A DNA stretch of 64,000 nt. Origin: Phoronis australis. Taxonomy: Eukaryota; Animalia; Phoronida. Under the pieces are notes generated by a model. It was not told the DNA's origin and made no database searches. It saw only the letters and a list, made by a program, of their open reading frames with translations. Made by a program: the position numbers and the translations under genes. This document shows positions 24,821-56,100 of the stretch, piece after piece (position 1 is the stretch's first letter; each line of letters opens with the position of its first letter). Location: NCBI GenBank assembly GCA_002633005.1, contig NMRA01000023.1, forward strand, positions 402,084 through 466,083. The letters run 5' to 3'.

Positions 24821-27715
24821 TTATATTTGTTAAGTTATTTATGAGCCCAGAACAATTTGAGATCAGTTTTATAGCAAAAAGTGATCTAATTAAAAAAATA
24901 ATATCTTTGACGTGGAGAATACTGAGTGGAAGTGTATGGGGGCTACCATCTGCGTACTCTCTATTCATAAGCTGTTCACCTCTTTGCACAGACAGTTCTT
25001 CTTCCATAATATTTTTGCTGGTTTCTGTTGCCTTGATCACCACACCATATGTTCTGTGTCTAGACTGATGACATACTTGAAGTTGGGGCATGGATACTTG
25101 AAGATGACCATCAACAGTTGTGCAGTGTTGTCTCCATGGCGATGCAATGCAGTGTCTTCCAGGGGTCATGATCTCGTCTATCAGTTTGCCCTTTGAATGC
25201 CTTGCAAACCAAAATTGTTTCCACAACAATGCGTGATGTGTTCTGTTGTCTTTGATACATTTTTCCCTTATTACTTGTTGTTAAGTTCATTTAATAAAAT
25301 TGGAAAATGTGCATTATCAATATTTATATGTATCCTCATTATTTGGCAATGTTGACAACAGCGTAATCTGCTGACTCTGTAGCATTGTTTGCAATAAAAT
25401 CATGGGAGTTTATTGATTTCAACAATACTGCAACCTCTGCATTGTTTTGGAAGCTTTCTCTTGTGGCACAAGATCTACCGCCTATCTTTCACTCTCACAC
25501 TCAAACACCAACACACACGCCATATTGATTATGGTTTTGTTTAACTGACCTGATTATAGGTAATTTCTACAGTTTACTTCTTTATTGATTCATGAAAACC
25601 CTTTGATGACATGTTCAACCTTCTGCTTTGCCATTGATTTCTGTTGTTTTGATTTAACTCACTTTATAACTAATATACTGCCAGGTCTGAGCACTCACTC
25701 ACTGAGCACATTCACATGTTTAGGTCAAATTCCACTGTTGAGTTGATTGCATTTTTCAGTTTCAATAATTCATCATTAATTGACAAGTGTTGCTAAGGGG
25801 AATGACCTTTTTATAAAATCCTTGCAGGAGATGACTAAAGTTAAACTTTCATAGTTCTTTTGTGGTCAGCTAAGAGTCTGGTTGTTGTTGAGCTTGCAGC
25901 ACCTAATAAGAACAGTGTTATCTAGAAGGCACTGTGTTATTGCATCTGTCTAGACAGTGGAAAAGGTCATGTCCAAGCTTTTAAGCACCAGTTAATGGGA
26001 AATTTCCTGTCCATTCTATGAGCCTGGCTGACATTGATAACTTTGCATCTTGAGTAGTAGGAATATGTGAATGTTCTCACAACTTTGTCATGAACTTGAA
26101 ACTGTTTAGAGTAGGATACAACAAAATATAAAAGCATGTAAATTATTATGTTTTTGTACTTCTAACTGACCAAAAGCTAACACTCAGGTTTATTGTTTTC
26201 AAACATTTATCTCTCTAAATACCAGATATCAGTGAAAGCGAAAATCAGTGTAAAATATACATTTGAGAGAATTCTTAATAAATGTTTTAGTTGTGTTAGA
26301 GGAATTATGTAATTTATTTCGTCACCTCCTGCTAATTTAGAATGCCTGATATGATGAACAGTGGATTTGTGCTACCCAGGTGATTTAGACATTTTCTTGT
26401 AACAGGTGTTGTCTGACTGAGTTCGTTGAACTGAACGGCCACTCCATAGTGTAGACATGGAATAAATGTTCATGGCAATCACATATGGCTTCCACAGTTT
26501 TCGATTGAGTTCGTGAACAATGTAAATCAGTAAAACATTGCCATCGTTGTCTTGTTGCTTATTATGTTAAAAAAGTTTTCACACAAAAATATACTAGATG
26601 GAACTTTTCGTGAAACAGTATCCTTAAAACTTTCCTGAGCTCCGTGAACTGGAAAAGTAATTCTTGCCCTTTGACCGTGGTATTTTAGTGACACTGAATG
26701 AGGATTTCAAAAACAGGTTGTCTGAAACGAATTTTCAAATTTCCCATTACCAATGGCGTGTGACTGTGTTTGTATGACCCCAAGTGAAATTGTGGTTTTG
26801 GTGTGGTATGTTACTATGGAGACATGGGTCTGCAATAAAGTTTATCCCATCTGACATCATGCCTTAAGTTAACATTTTCACTCTGGACTGGCCAGAGCTG
26901 CTGTTTCAAAGGTAAAGAAACACCAATGATTACCTGACTAAGGCGTCTAAAATCTGAAGAGGACATCCTAACAAGGGTGTCAAATTTTGAATCAGGGTGT
27001 TCATTTTGACACCATGGACTCCTTCTAAATGAAATGTTGCACTGAAAGTCCCATTTTCTGATTTAGCGGAGGCATAACAAATGGCAGCCATGTCCCTTGT
27101 ATAGTGGTGGGTGGTGAATGGCGCTCTGCATTCTTATATGGGGATTTCATTCTATGGTGTTTCCAGGATTATCCTGGTAGGTTACTATTTCTTTATAGTC
27201 ATTATGTGGTCAAATTGCCACTTTTGTTTTTATGGTGAGATATTCAAGTCTGTTGCTAAAAAAAATTCAAAATTCTCGAAATGCCCATGAACGAAAAAAT
27301 CATTTGTTTTGTCCCATTAAACTCAACCTGTCTTTCACTCCAGGGAGCATTTTATCAAAGGTTCTAAGTCCGGTTGTTACTAAGTCTGTGGTGGGCACGT
27401 TATTGCCAAAGTTACTCTGCATTTTTGTAGGCAAGCGAAAACATTGCAACTGACATTGAGGTGACATACAGTTAGTCTTAGTGACCTCCTTCATGTGTCG
27501 TGGTAGTGAAACTGCATGCTGATTCAAATTGAAGTTAACCACCATCTTAGCCGAGATCGGACGTCTGACCTTTAAAGTGGGTGCCAAAACTAGAAATTTC
27601 TTCTAAGAAGAGATCTTTCGTTTCCTATTATAGCTTTAGTATAGTATGCACGGTTCTTCCTATTAGCATCTCCCTAGTTTGTGATGAATTTCAAGTTATT
27701 TTGGCTAGTCTATAA

Positions 27716-44674
<16,959 letters not shown>

Positions 44675-47600
44675 CACAGAGTCAAGCCCATATAATTTCT
44701 AAATGGTAACCAGGAAGTAGTCATTGTGATGGATGATGGGATACGAGTGATTAGTCAGTACACTGACTAGTAACGACTGACCTTGTAAACAAGATTCATT
44801 TTATAAATGGACTTTTAGACACGTTGGAGATGGATAAGTGTGGACCTAAAGTCTGCATAGTTTTAATCCCTTGCTTTTACCTGAGAGTGTAAAATTGAGC
44901 AGTTGTGGAAGACTGGCGTAGAACTGATGTAATAGCTTAAAGCTGGATTAAGAATCTTGAATCGTTTATCTAATTACCTCAATACATGCTAACAGGGGGA
45001 AAGATATAAAAATCGTAAAACACAGGTTGACAGAATTTTGTTTCTTCTGTTTGTTCACATGGAAATGAAAGTTGGAGCACTTTGATTTTCCATGCCGTTT
45101 TTCTTCAAAATTACGATTACGAGTTTACTGCCTAACTGAACCTTCTATTTTAGGGTAATTGATTATGTTGGTTAGAGTGAGTAGGAAAGTCATCTTCAAC
45201 TTGTTCTTTTTCTTGTTGCGCAGATGTTAATGTTGTCTGTTACGAAGTTGATTGTTTGTGTTCTATTGGTGTTTTGGGGTTTCTGTAGTCAAGGTACAAG
45301 TAGTTGGCCATGCAAGCACTTTAAAGAAAGTACCTGGGCTAGCCCAATGCATTGTACAAAGCCTACCGGGGACCACCTTTTGGGCTTTTTAAAAACGTGT
45401 ATTTCATTGAGGTGGCTGTCCAAAAAGAGCACCAGGGGTTCTTTCGGGGGAAAAAAAGTGGAGCTCATTTGGAAACTTGTAATGCCACGCCCTCATTCAG
45501 ACATGGACTTTGAACATATGTTTTGTTAGGAGGTTTCGCTCTGTCGACAGCTTGACTAGAATAAGGAAGGTGCTGATGAGGCTTGAATTGACGAGTGACT
45601 TGGAATATTTCAACGACTTTTAAAATGTAAAATCTTGTGAAAATACCTGACATAATGTCCACATTAATTTATAGGCTTTCAAACATTTTGAAATCTTGTT
45701 CAGAAAGAGCCCCGGTGAAGGCATTATCATGTTGGGGGTTCTTTCCGTAAGTCCTGATATTGTGTAAGTAGTTGACAATGCTGATTCCAGTTTACATTGG
45801 AAAATCTGTAATGATGTCTAGCTGTTTAAGGCTGCCAAATCAAGAGTGCGGTGTTCTGAGCCGAGAATACACATTCGTGGTTTACATATCAAGAGATTAT
45901 TGTCGGTCTGTGGGTATTGTTAGCTTCAACTTCAATCTGTCAGCTTGTTCTGTTGTTTGTTATCGAAGGTCTCCATTTTTGTCCGATTGCATTTTCAATT
46001 GGTGTCATGAAATATTACTGAATTGCTGTTTAATGAGCATTATCAGTTCTGCTGGTACATTTATAAGTCAAAGGTACAGATTTTTTTCTTTTTGTTTTTA
46101 CTATTCCAACTTGTGAGCTTGCTTGACACGGCATTCTAGGCTCAATTCTTAGCTGCCTTGTCAAAATCTTGGCCTCCGCATTTTTCCAAATAGTTTGGGA
46201 TTGATGTTGCTTTAGTAAAATCTACACACTTTGGTACAAGGTTAAATCCATAAAAAAAGCGGTTTGCTAAGTACTGTTGAATATTTCTGTTGATATTACT
46301 GGAGCCCGTCGCTTTGTCAGTGCTTGCATGGCGAATCTGTGTTGTAAATAATCTGGGAAACTGTTGGAATATTTTTAAGGAAGAACTTCTAACTTGCTTC
46401 TTTTTACAGTGTGAACTGAAAAACTAAAACTTGCACCATTCTCTATAGTCTGACTCCTCTGTTGAACTAAACTGTAATAATGTGAAGGATCTGAATATTC
46501 AGAAAATTTGCCGATGTCTTTAATTCATATTCGATTCGTAGCAACAGTCGAAATCAAGGGTAGGATTTGCCAGTTCCTTGCAGAACTGTTAAGGAAGCTC
46601 TTGTTAGCTATGGCATCCCCGAAAAGATGAATGTCTGGTGGGGTGAGATAATGTCCATTTACTTGTCAGTTGTCATTAGGACTCGACCTTTGTACATAGA
46701 AATTGTAATTGTCACCGTTATTTATTTGGACTGATGGAAGTAAGGAGGTCTGCTTGGTGTAAATTATTGGTGAAAATGTACAATGTTATTCTAAATGTGT
46801 GCTTTACAACACAGCAATAGGTGAGCATCAAAGTGTCAGGAACTGGCCTCTGCGGTTGTTTGTTAGTGTTCAGTTTATACTGGGGAAGTATTGTCAATAC
46901 TTGTGCTCCATGATCTCTGTCATCATCACAGTAGTCACAATTTCATGAAACAATTGCGTAGAATTTCCGAAACGAATAATCGCAGGTGTTATGTAATTGA
47001 AAGGAAATCTGGGGAGAAGTTAGCGTAACTAGCGCAGTAGCTAATGACCTAGTTTAACTGGAGCATAGATGCAAGAAGCAGCAGGAGAGTTCAACAACGC
47101 TAGCAGAATATTTGCCAAACTTTTTCTCAATTCTTTTTTAAGATTTGTCAATTTTAAAGCAACTGATGTAGCTGGACCCTGCTGCTGTATTCATCATGTT
47201 TAGCAGTTAATATTTTAAGGAGTTCTGACAAAAAAGTATTTGCTAGTCGAAGAATAAAGTCATAGTCCGACGTGTGGTCCCCATGGATTCCTGGTCATTT
47301 CACTGGGCTGTACGCAGTCTTCTCTGACTGCAAGTTGAGAACTGCATTTGCTCAGTATGAAACTGCCAGTACAATGATACTGTCTGACAATATTAATTAC
47401 TTTGCCAAGACGTGACTTTGGTTGTCAACAAGAAAAGCAATCAATTCCAGAAAATGCTCCAGGTTGTCATAAAATTGCGAACTCAAAAATGTCGCATGTA
47501 CTTCAGTTGCTGGCTCATTGAATTGGTTGTTCTTAAACCCAGAGCGCTTCAGTTATGACTCAGCTGCGAAATGGTTTATATACTGAGCTGTTGGAAAAGC

Positions 47601-50017
47601 ATGGTGGTCACTTGGAACCTGGACTCCTACAGCACTCCAATGCCAAATAGTTTATTCTTAAGCACAGGTGGCAGTGGAGATATTGGTGTCATTTTGCTTA
47701 GCTCAAGTGACAAAAGTTTTAATAATACTGGACATTTGTCCTAGCTGGCAAATCACCTGTAGTTTATATCGAGCAAAGAATAGAACTTGCTAATAGGTCA
47801 TCTTGTAAAAATGTTTTGCTGTGTAGTATCTCTGGGTTATTTTATGCATGGTTTTTACCTTTAATTTCCAGCTTGTCTTTTGACTTCCTTTTATGGCGCA
47901 TCTATTTTTATCAATTTCATCAGATAGTCCAACTCCAGGAACTCATTTTACTGATAGAAATTTCTTACCATAATGTTTTTCCACATGTTAAATTTGTTTG
48001 AAAATTCTGATGCATGGATTTACGAAGGTCTTTTAGATCTGTTTGATGGAACCCAGAGAGTTTTAGTTTTGTAGATAGATATGTTTGTGTACAGTAAAAT
48101 ACAATGAATTTGGAGAAATGACCGTCTTTCTTGTGTTGCACTGGTTATTAGGTCATGCTGAAATCTCAGACTTCCAACTGGAATAGTCGGTGGCTAATGA
48201 AATTCCTTAATTATCCATGATTTTTCTTGTGCAATTTGGAACGTTTGATGGTTCCACCCCAAAATAAACAAAGCCAACGATTTCACAGATGTTTGCTCAG
48301 ACTTTTTTAAATATCACCAGTCTTTTAACAAGTCCCTCTACTGCTTGTAACATTATATCACTCCACCAGGTGGCATAAATGGCAGACTATGAATGCACTT
48401 GGTCAACAGAATTGTAATGCATTCTGTACACTTGTATGTTTTGGGGATTTTAAGTGAACCCTAGAAACATTTTGAAAAAGACAAATAATTACAGATAAAT
48501 AAATCAGTATGCATTGGTATAGAGTAAAGTTGGTATATACTGCATATCAAAATATAGGTAAAGTAAAACTCGCGTGAGTTGTATCCAACCGCACCATATT
48601 TTATCCTAGTCTTGTGAAATGTGACTTGTTTGAAGAACTGCACCAACTAGAACAATGGTGGTCCACACATCCTGCATGTGCAGCTCACACGAGTTTTAAC
48701 AATATATACAGTGCAGAATTCAACTACAATGTAAAATCCCGGGGGGTCACTCATATTGACAAGGTGCCAGTGCCAGCAAGCATGTACCAAAAATTGCAGG
48801 TAGATGGTGCTTTCTCAGCAAGTTTTGCAGGATCCCCGTGGGGTCCAATAGGTCCCTTAAATTTCCATTTCATCCCTGCAAAATGCCTACTGTGTCTGCC
48901 TCAGCCCTGCAAAGGGTGCACTGTTCATGTTTCTATACCCCTCACAAAAGGGGCTGAAAATTTGCAGACCTGGCACCCGGTATAGGGGGTCTCTCGGCAA
49001 TTTTTGGTTCATGCTTGTGGGCACCTTGTCAAGTGCTACCCACCTTAAAATAGCTATGTAGCACATATAGCGGATCTGTTTCAGAAAAAGTGACTTGAGT
49101 AAAAAAAGTTGTCTTCCACTCCAAACAAATACTTCAGAAAAATAACGAAATCTCGGTTGAGGAAGTCTCCGAGAGTATGCACATACTTTCTATAGACTGG
49201 TGTGCTCATGATTACTAGTCCTGGCTGGACATTTTTCAACAATTGTCACGTGGGAGTGCATGACTTCAAGTCTTTAAGTTACTTCCATGAAACAGTTCCA
49301 GTACTCAATTCTGATACAAATAAAAATCACTTTTGAGTTGTGGAGAATTTAAATACTGTTTCATGATGACAAATTATAGTGAAGATTTACCCTCGGGTTA
49401 CTGCTATTTCAACCTTTGGTAGCACACTAGGAACCACAGAGCAAAGTAGCGTTCTGCATACATCTCTTTAGCTTTGTAACAGCACAAAGCATGTGCTTGG
49501 ATCATTTTCTAATTCTGGTGTGCAAAACAGGCAGAGAAGAAACACGAATTTCTCGAGGGGCTCAACACAGTTTGTCAAAAAGAACCAAAACAGTCGTTTT
49601 ATGACATCGACTAATTTCTAACATTTGAATATCATATTTGATTTTAAATAACATATAAATAAAGCTGAAAATTGTCAGTTTTGCATTGAATTTTTGTTAG
49701 AGCGTTAAATAATAGCGCCCCAGTCTGAACAGTCAGTTCCACCAAAGCTCAGGAATCAATTCTTGTCCAAGTAAGCAACAGATTATTGCCAATTTCATCA
49801 TAAAGGAAAGTGAGCCAAGTGTAGTCATTTTTTATAGAAAGCGGGATCAAAGGTGAAACTTTAAAATTAAAGGACAAGGGAGACATCATTACTTGTAAAC
49901 ACATGTTCACAGGATGCCTCTTTCTCCAAAAGTATCCAACAACTGCTGACTGGTCCTTGGAAAATGCTCAGTTGAGATCAAATACTAGAGATGACAGCTC
50001 CCCAGAATATGCTCCGT

Positions 50018-50153
50018 TCACATGGTGTGATGTCTGTTACCCAGTTGTGTGGTCAGTTTTAATATTTTCTTTGCTAAGTTTGCATTATGCTGCTTCAAGT
50101 AACGAATCATGTCCGCTTGTTTCTCCAATACCTCATCCAAATACCCTTCATCT
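50018..50153 (-). CDS. TMEM192: TMEM192 last coding exon (coiled-coil tail)
   Basis: DEGYLDEVLEKQADMIRYLKQHNANLAKKILKLTTQLGNRHHTM followed by TGA. Absent from the supplied ORF track. Confidence 0.93.
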
Positions 50154-53100
50154 CTGGAATAGAAATGCATGAACAGTATAAAGTTTGTTGTTAACTATTA
50201 TAACAAAATCTTGCCAATTTCGGCAAAAATAATGGAGTGAGCAATCTTGATTTTTCCATTTTTCAAAAGCTAACAACATTGAAGTGAACACCCACAACTT
50301 CTTAATACATGGTCCCACAGTGCAGAAATAACGACGAAAAATATTATTTTGCAATCTGTGTTACTTATCTCTTACGAAAAAGGAGTCCCTAACATTTAAC
50401 TTGTCTGACATTAGTAAGATTTTACCATATAATAAATTAGTCTGAATGCGTGACCCACTTTGTGAAGATCTCTGGAGTACACAGCGAGAGAGAGCTCTCA
50501 AACAAAACAAGAGATACCTGTTTAGTAGTTCTGGAGAGCCCTTTGCAGCATGACAAACTTACACATTTTGTAAAAACATTTTTAGATGCTGTGTCATTAA
50601 TTCCTCCCATGAGAGATGTCAAAAATTATAGACTGTTCACAGCTGATACCAGAATCCTAGCCATCACTTATTCTGCAAACCAACCTGAAGCCTATTTCTG
50701 TAGCATGAACATGTGACATTAGGAAACTATTGCTGCTGTCCACATTCACATCAGGGGGCGCTTGTAACCGGTTGAATTTTAAGGTTCTCACTGAAACAAA
50801 ATGGATGAATTAAATTAATTGTCTTTGAGATGTCCTGACTACAAAAAGCATTGGAAGAACAAAATCATCAGACCAAACTACTTTGTGAATCGCCATATTT
50901 CTGAAAACCTCTTGCCAAAAGACATCATCACAATAAAAAATCCCCACTCTGCTACATACATAATTGCTATGCAAGTTTCCAAAAATGTTTTACAGCTACA
51001 AGTGGTAAAATGGTACCATATGTTGCCAGGTGAAAGCTGTAAATTACAAACTATGCTAAACATAATGTAAAATTTTCAACTATCATCGATAAAAATGGAA
51101 AAATGAATTCCACTCTTCCAATAAACAGCGTCCAAAAAATACACAAAATCAACTGCGATTAACAAGAAATAGGTAAGCACTTAGGTATTAATTAATGTCT
51201 TATTTCCAGTATACACATGCGTTCAAACATTTTGCTTTCAAGTTCTCATTTTCAACTGAAATACATTAAATGAACCTTATACCCAGCACATTGAAGAAAG
51301 GCTACACATTCTTGAATCTAAAGCCTTCCTTTCTTTGCATAATAATAGCACAGCATACTTCAGATAAACCCTCACTTTTAGGACCAAGGCGAAAATGAGG
51401 CATTATCTGTCAGATGGTTTAACCGTGCCAATTTCAGGACATGCTTAGTCAGGCCTCAACCACTCAAACAGAGATGATTAATATCACTGTCTTGATGAAA
51501 TAGCAGGTAAAAAGCCCGACCACTGTCATAAAATCATGCTACAAGTTGAGTTCTGTACAGCAGAGCATCATACCACGACCTTTGAATGCACAAGATACTA
51601 GAAAACGATTCACGTATGAGATGTATTTATAGAACTATGAACGACAAAATATTCTACACCGGGCCATATGACGATTTACACAAGCAAAGTAGAATGTAAA
51701 TTCATCACATGAGCTGAAGCAGGAGTGACGGTTTCACTAAAAGGCGGTACAGACAAATTAGGAATGATGAATTACGGGCATTCAAATGGCAAACAAATCA
51801 GTAATGACAAAAAGCGGTGGCAAATCCAAAATGTCAATTCACGGCACGACACTTTCTCCAAGGTTTACTCTACATCTCTGGCCTCGAGTCAAGTCCGCAC
51901 ATTTTTTTGTTCTTAATTGCCTCTGATCATTTTGGCGCCGACGTTTTGAGAGATTGATTGCTTGCAGAGTCTACCTTACTGCTGTTTAGTTTTCACAGGG
52001 GGGAGTTTTGAGTTGCACCAAAATGTTTGAACGTACATATTGTAAATATGACATCGATTAATGCCAATGAGCTTATTTACTTTTTGTCAAAATTTTTGCC
52101 TAAAACCACAACTAGTACTACTGCATACGCGTACACATAAACCCATGTACCTGTATGTGAGGATGCACCTATATCCCAGGTCTCAAAATGAGTCAGGATA
52201 CAGACCTGAGGCAATGCTTTTCTTGGCTTAACACCCAATTTTTAAGAGAAGTGCAGCAGATAGTCCGCTGTGCCTCAACGTGAAGCTTACGCACATACAC
52301 CTATATGTGAGACAGTTGAGTAAAAAATCTGCGAAAAAAACATAATTATCTTTGATGTAGGCATATGTGCTTTATAACGCATATACAGTGCGCAAACTAT
52401 TTTACACTGTGTAGGGTAACTAACCTAAATACATTACCACACAAGGTAAAATGATAACGAGCTCCAGAGAGACGAGAATCTTGAGATAATCAAGAGGCTT
52501 GAGAACCGATCCTGGACAAGGCTTACGGTTACAGAACTCTGTGAGAATGGTCAGTAGGATGACCAGCAAGGCACTGCCTGTAACACATGGACAGTAGTCA
52601 TAACTGAAATGTGACTGTAGTTTGACAAAACTTGAATCACTAAGTACAGGGTGATAAATTTTTAACATTTTTGACTGAGAGTATTTTGTCAATTTTTGGA
52701 AAATATCGTTCGGCGGCTGGAGGAACAAAGAGAGTTTATTAATGTCCTGTGAAATAACTCATGAAACAGTTAAATAGAGCAATATAAAAGTTTATTTGGA
52801 CCACTCAGCTTCTTTTCCGCGGTAAGTAAAATCAGTGAAAAACTGTCATGGTCAGTACTGAATAACTCAATTACTATGATCTGACAAAATTTACATCAAC
52901 GAATCAAATTGGATTTGACATTACATCTGAATAAACAAACCCTGAGGTGAGCAAAAACACTTTGAAGAACGTTTTTCACAAGGAAGAGTCTTGTACTACC
53001 GTTCCCTCAAACCACATTGATGATTTTCTACTGACGGCATCCTTTTCTGTGTGTTTCCCATCCCACAATCTGCGTTTCTCTTCTACCATTTTTCAATGCA

Positions 53101-56100
53101 GGAAACAGTCAACGTAGACCGTTAGCAAAGAGATGTGTTCACAAGAAAGGAATACCAGAACGAGAGAATGAATGCAGTTCATGAGATCGGAAGTGTTGGT
53201 AGCTTCCTGAGAAACCCCACGGAGGTTCACCACAATTATGGTACAAGTATCTTCCTATAATTAATTGACTGCCACATCCACAGCGAATCTTTCATCACTT
53301 ACTTAAAACTAGAGTAAACTAGACACCCAATTCAAATGAATTCACCTGCTGACATCACCATGTTTGGGACTTTACGTAGAGCACACGTCTTACGGTAAAA
53401 CTCCAGGTAGCCATTCCGTCGTGAAATGTTATGCTGGCGACAGACGTATCTGTCGAGAAGGTAAACAATGAGCCAGACGACAGAGTGAGAGTAGGTGAGG
53501 CAGCCAACAACACCAACATGTTTGAAACAAACGTTGTTTGGGCATAGAGTCTCTAGAAGGAAGCTTTCAACAACCAGGATAATCTGCAGAGAGAGAGAGT
53601 GAGAGATAGAAAGAGCAATTGGAATACAAAGTTCAAGCATGAATTGAGTTTATAGTAAAAACTTTTCAATTTTCTTCAGTAAGACAGTAGGTGACGTGGG
53701 TCACGTCTATGATTTCAAAGAAATTAGAATGTATGAATTAAGAAATTCATTGTGCAAATGCTTTAACATTAAGAGTATTTTTCTCAAAATTAAAATTTTG
53801 AAAAGTTCACAATTTCGTGAAAAGTTTTAGTTCCCCAAACTGAAGAGAAATGCTGTATAGCTGTTTAAGTAAGCTTCTGTCAAAAATTATTATCAGCTAT
53901 AAGCATGATATGCTCTCACTCATTTCAATGGTTCTTTGCTAATACGGGGATTAGGGACCAGGGCCTTCACTTATGGACACAACCAAAAAAGCGTTGTTGG
54001 CATGCCGTTTATTAGCTGACCTAAACATTTAGTTAACCTCTTATAAAACTCACTTTTGAGGCACGAGTTTGAATCAAATGTTGGCTGGCAGATTACGTAC
54101 GTTGCATTAATTATCTCTTGACTCCCTGTGCCAAGACAACACTTCAGTGAATGAAACGGAATGACTGAGTTGGGGGCATTGATGAGATTATCCTCAATGA
54201 AAATACTACTAAGAAAAGATTGCATGGGTATTCCATGGTTCAACATCTAAGGTAGATATAAAGTTTATTCCTAGTAAACTTGCCACCGGACCCCTAAACA
54301 GGCATGGAAAATTATTATAAGTTTGTATTAAATTGCATTCATGTCCTTACAAGTGTTTGTCTAGTGTTTTTAAATCCTTGTTTTAATCGATTTCAATTAC
54401 TAGCTTTTTAACTAAGGTTTTTAGTCCACGTGACGAAACGAACATGTTAGGCATTAGATGCTGAATTGTAGTCATGCATTACCGGTAGTTAAAATTGCTA
54501 TAAAACACCTGTCCAGTACCTTGTCTACGAGTTAATATCATGTCAAAAATCACAAACATTTTTAAGTCTGGTCTGCATGCCACCAGTTGGCCACATCACG
54601 TGACCTAATGAACATAAATCTAAAGATTTCTGCTCCCAACCCGTGATATATATTTCCACACTCGTTCAAGTTTTACATATATATCATGTCAGTGTATCAA
54701 TCAAATCAAAACGTTGGAAGATAAATGTAACATAATGTATAACAAATCAGAATAACCATTCAAGGTATCTTGCACATCCTATGAGTTATACCATAGCCCG
54801 ATAAAAGTAAGAGCCATACTAGTATTTCGATTCTGGCATGATACAAGAGTAAATTTGAGTTGCAAAATCTTTCTCCTTTATGGTCAATAAGCTTGAGCCA
54901 TTTTTTGTCCAGTTTACCCCTTAAGTCAACAATTTTTTGATTTGGCATAATATGAATTAACCCTACACAAGGTACAAATTTATTCGCAACCACCAAGAAT
55001 GACAACAGATTATTCCAATAATGGATCACATGGCAATGTTTCAGCTTAATAATACTATCAAAATACCAAAACCAATGATTACATACACAGGTCAACAATA
55101 ATCTGTGATTTGCTAAATAGGATTAGATCATAACATTGGCTTAGTCATTGTTGTCGAATACCCCTGGAACATTGAAAATTGATTAACTACACAAAACTGT
55201 GACAAACTGCAACATAACTGCTATGTTACATCTTGAATTGGGGCCTCCTTCAAGGTACAACCAGATCAAGCGCTAAATTCTTTAATATTCTTGGCCAAAG
55301 TAGTTTTCCAAAGATTTAGGCCAAGAGCAAAGTGCAATAATCCTAATTAAAAATTAAGATTCTAACTGGACACTATCTTAAGATCACAACAGTGATAAAA
55401 CAACATTAGAGTGTAGTGCAATCAAAATTAAGCATGAGGCTGGAAGTTTGAGCGTTGTGCCTCAAAGTTTGGGCATGGTGCACCATCACGCCAAAAGGTC
55501 TTATTGAGAATATGGATCACCTACCATGAGTAGCACCCACAAGAGAGCTGCCCAGACAGTGGAGAGTTTGTGAAAGGGAACTTCCCCAGACTCACACAGC
55601 TCAACATGGTCAGAGAGTAGCTCATCTGAACTACTATAGTTAATACTAATGCTGGCATCTTGCTCGAAGAAATGAGCCTGCAAAAGAAAATACATATTGC
55701 AGACAGACGGTTAGGAGTGGTATGGTGAGGATAACACAATAAAATCTCGCAAGTTTAGGACACAATATGACAGACAAGGTAATTTTTATTTTTCATGGTT
55801 CTTCATAAAAGATTCGTACAACTAAAATAATCTGCATCTTCCATAAATGTGTGAGAGCTTCAGAATTGGTAAGACCCGAGTAATTCATATAAACCCATTC
55901 TAGGCAATTTTTGGGTTATCTTTCAAACTGATATATACTAAAAGGCCTTTCTCAATTTCCAGCCAATCAGAATGTCCACAACCAGACCTTTCAACCAATG
56001 TCAGAGTTCAAATGTTGCTTTGTTTTGTTTACCAATGAGAAGCCACATTCATCGTCCTTTAACATAGAGAGCAAGCTAGCTATATATGACACACATCAAA

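Noticed and set aside
24768-25229. 153-aa minus-strand ORF
   Set aside because: Non-ATG start, no domain-like pattern, and it runs into a palindromic repeat. Treated as a chance ORF, like most short ORFs in the track.
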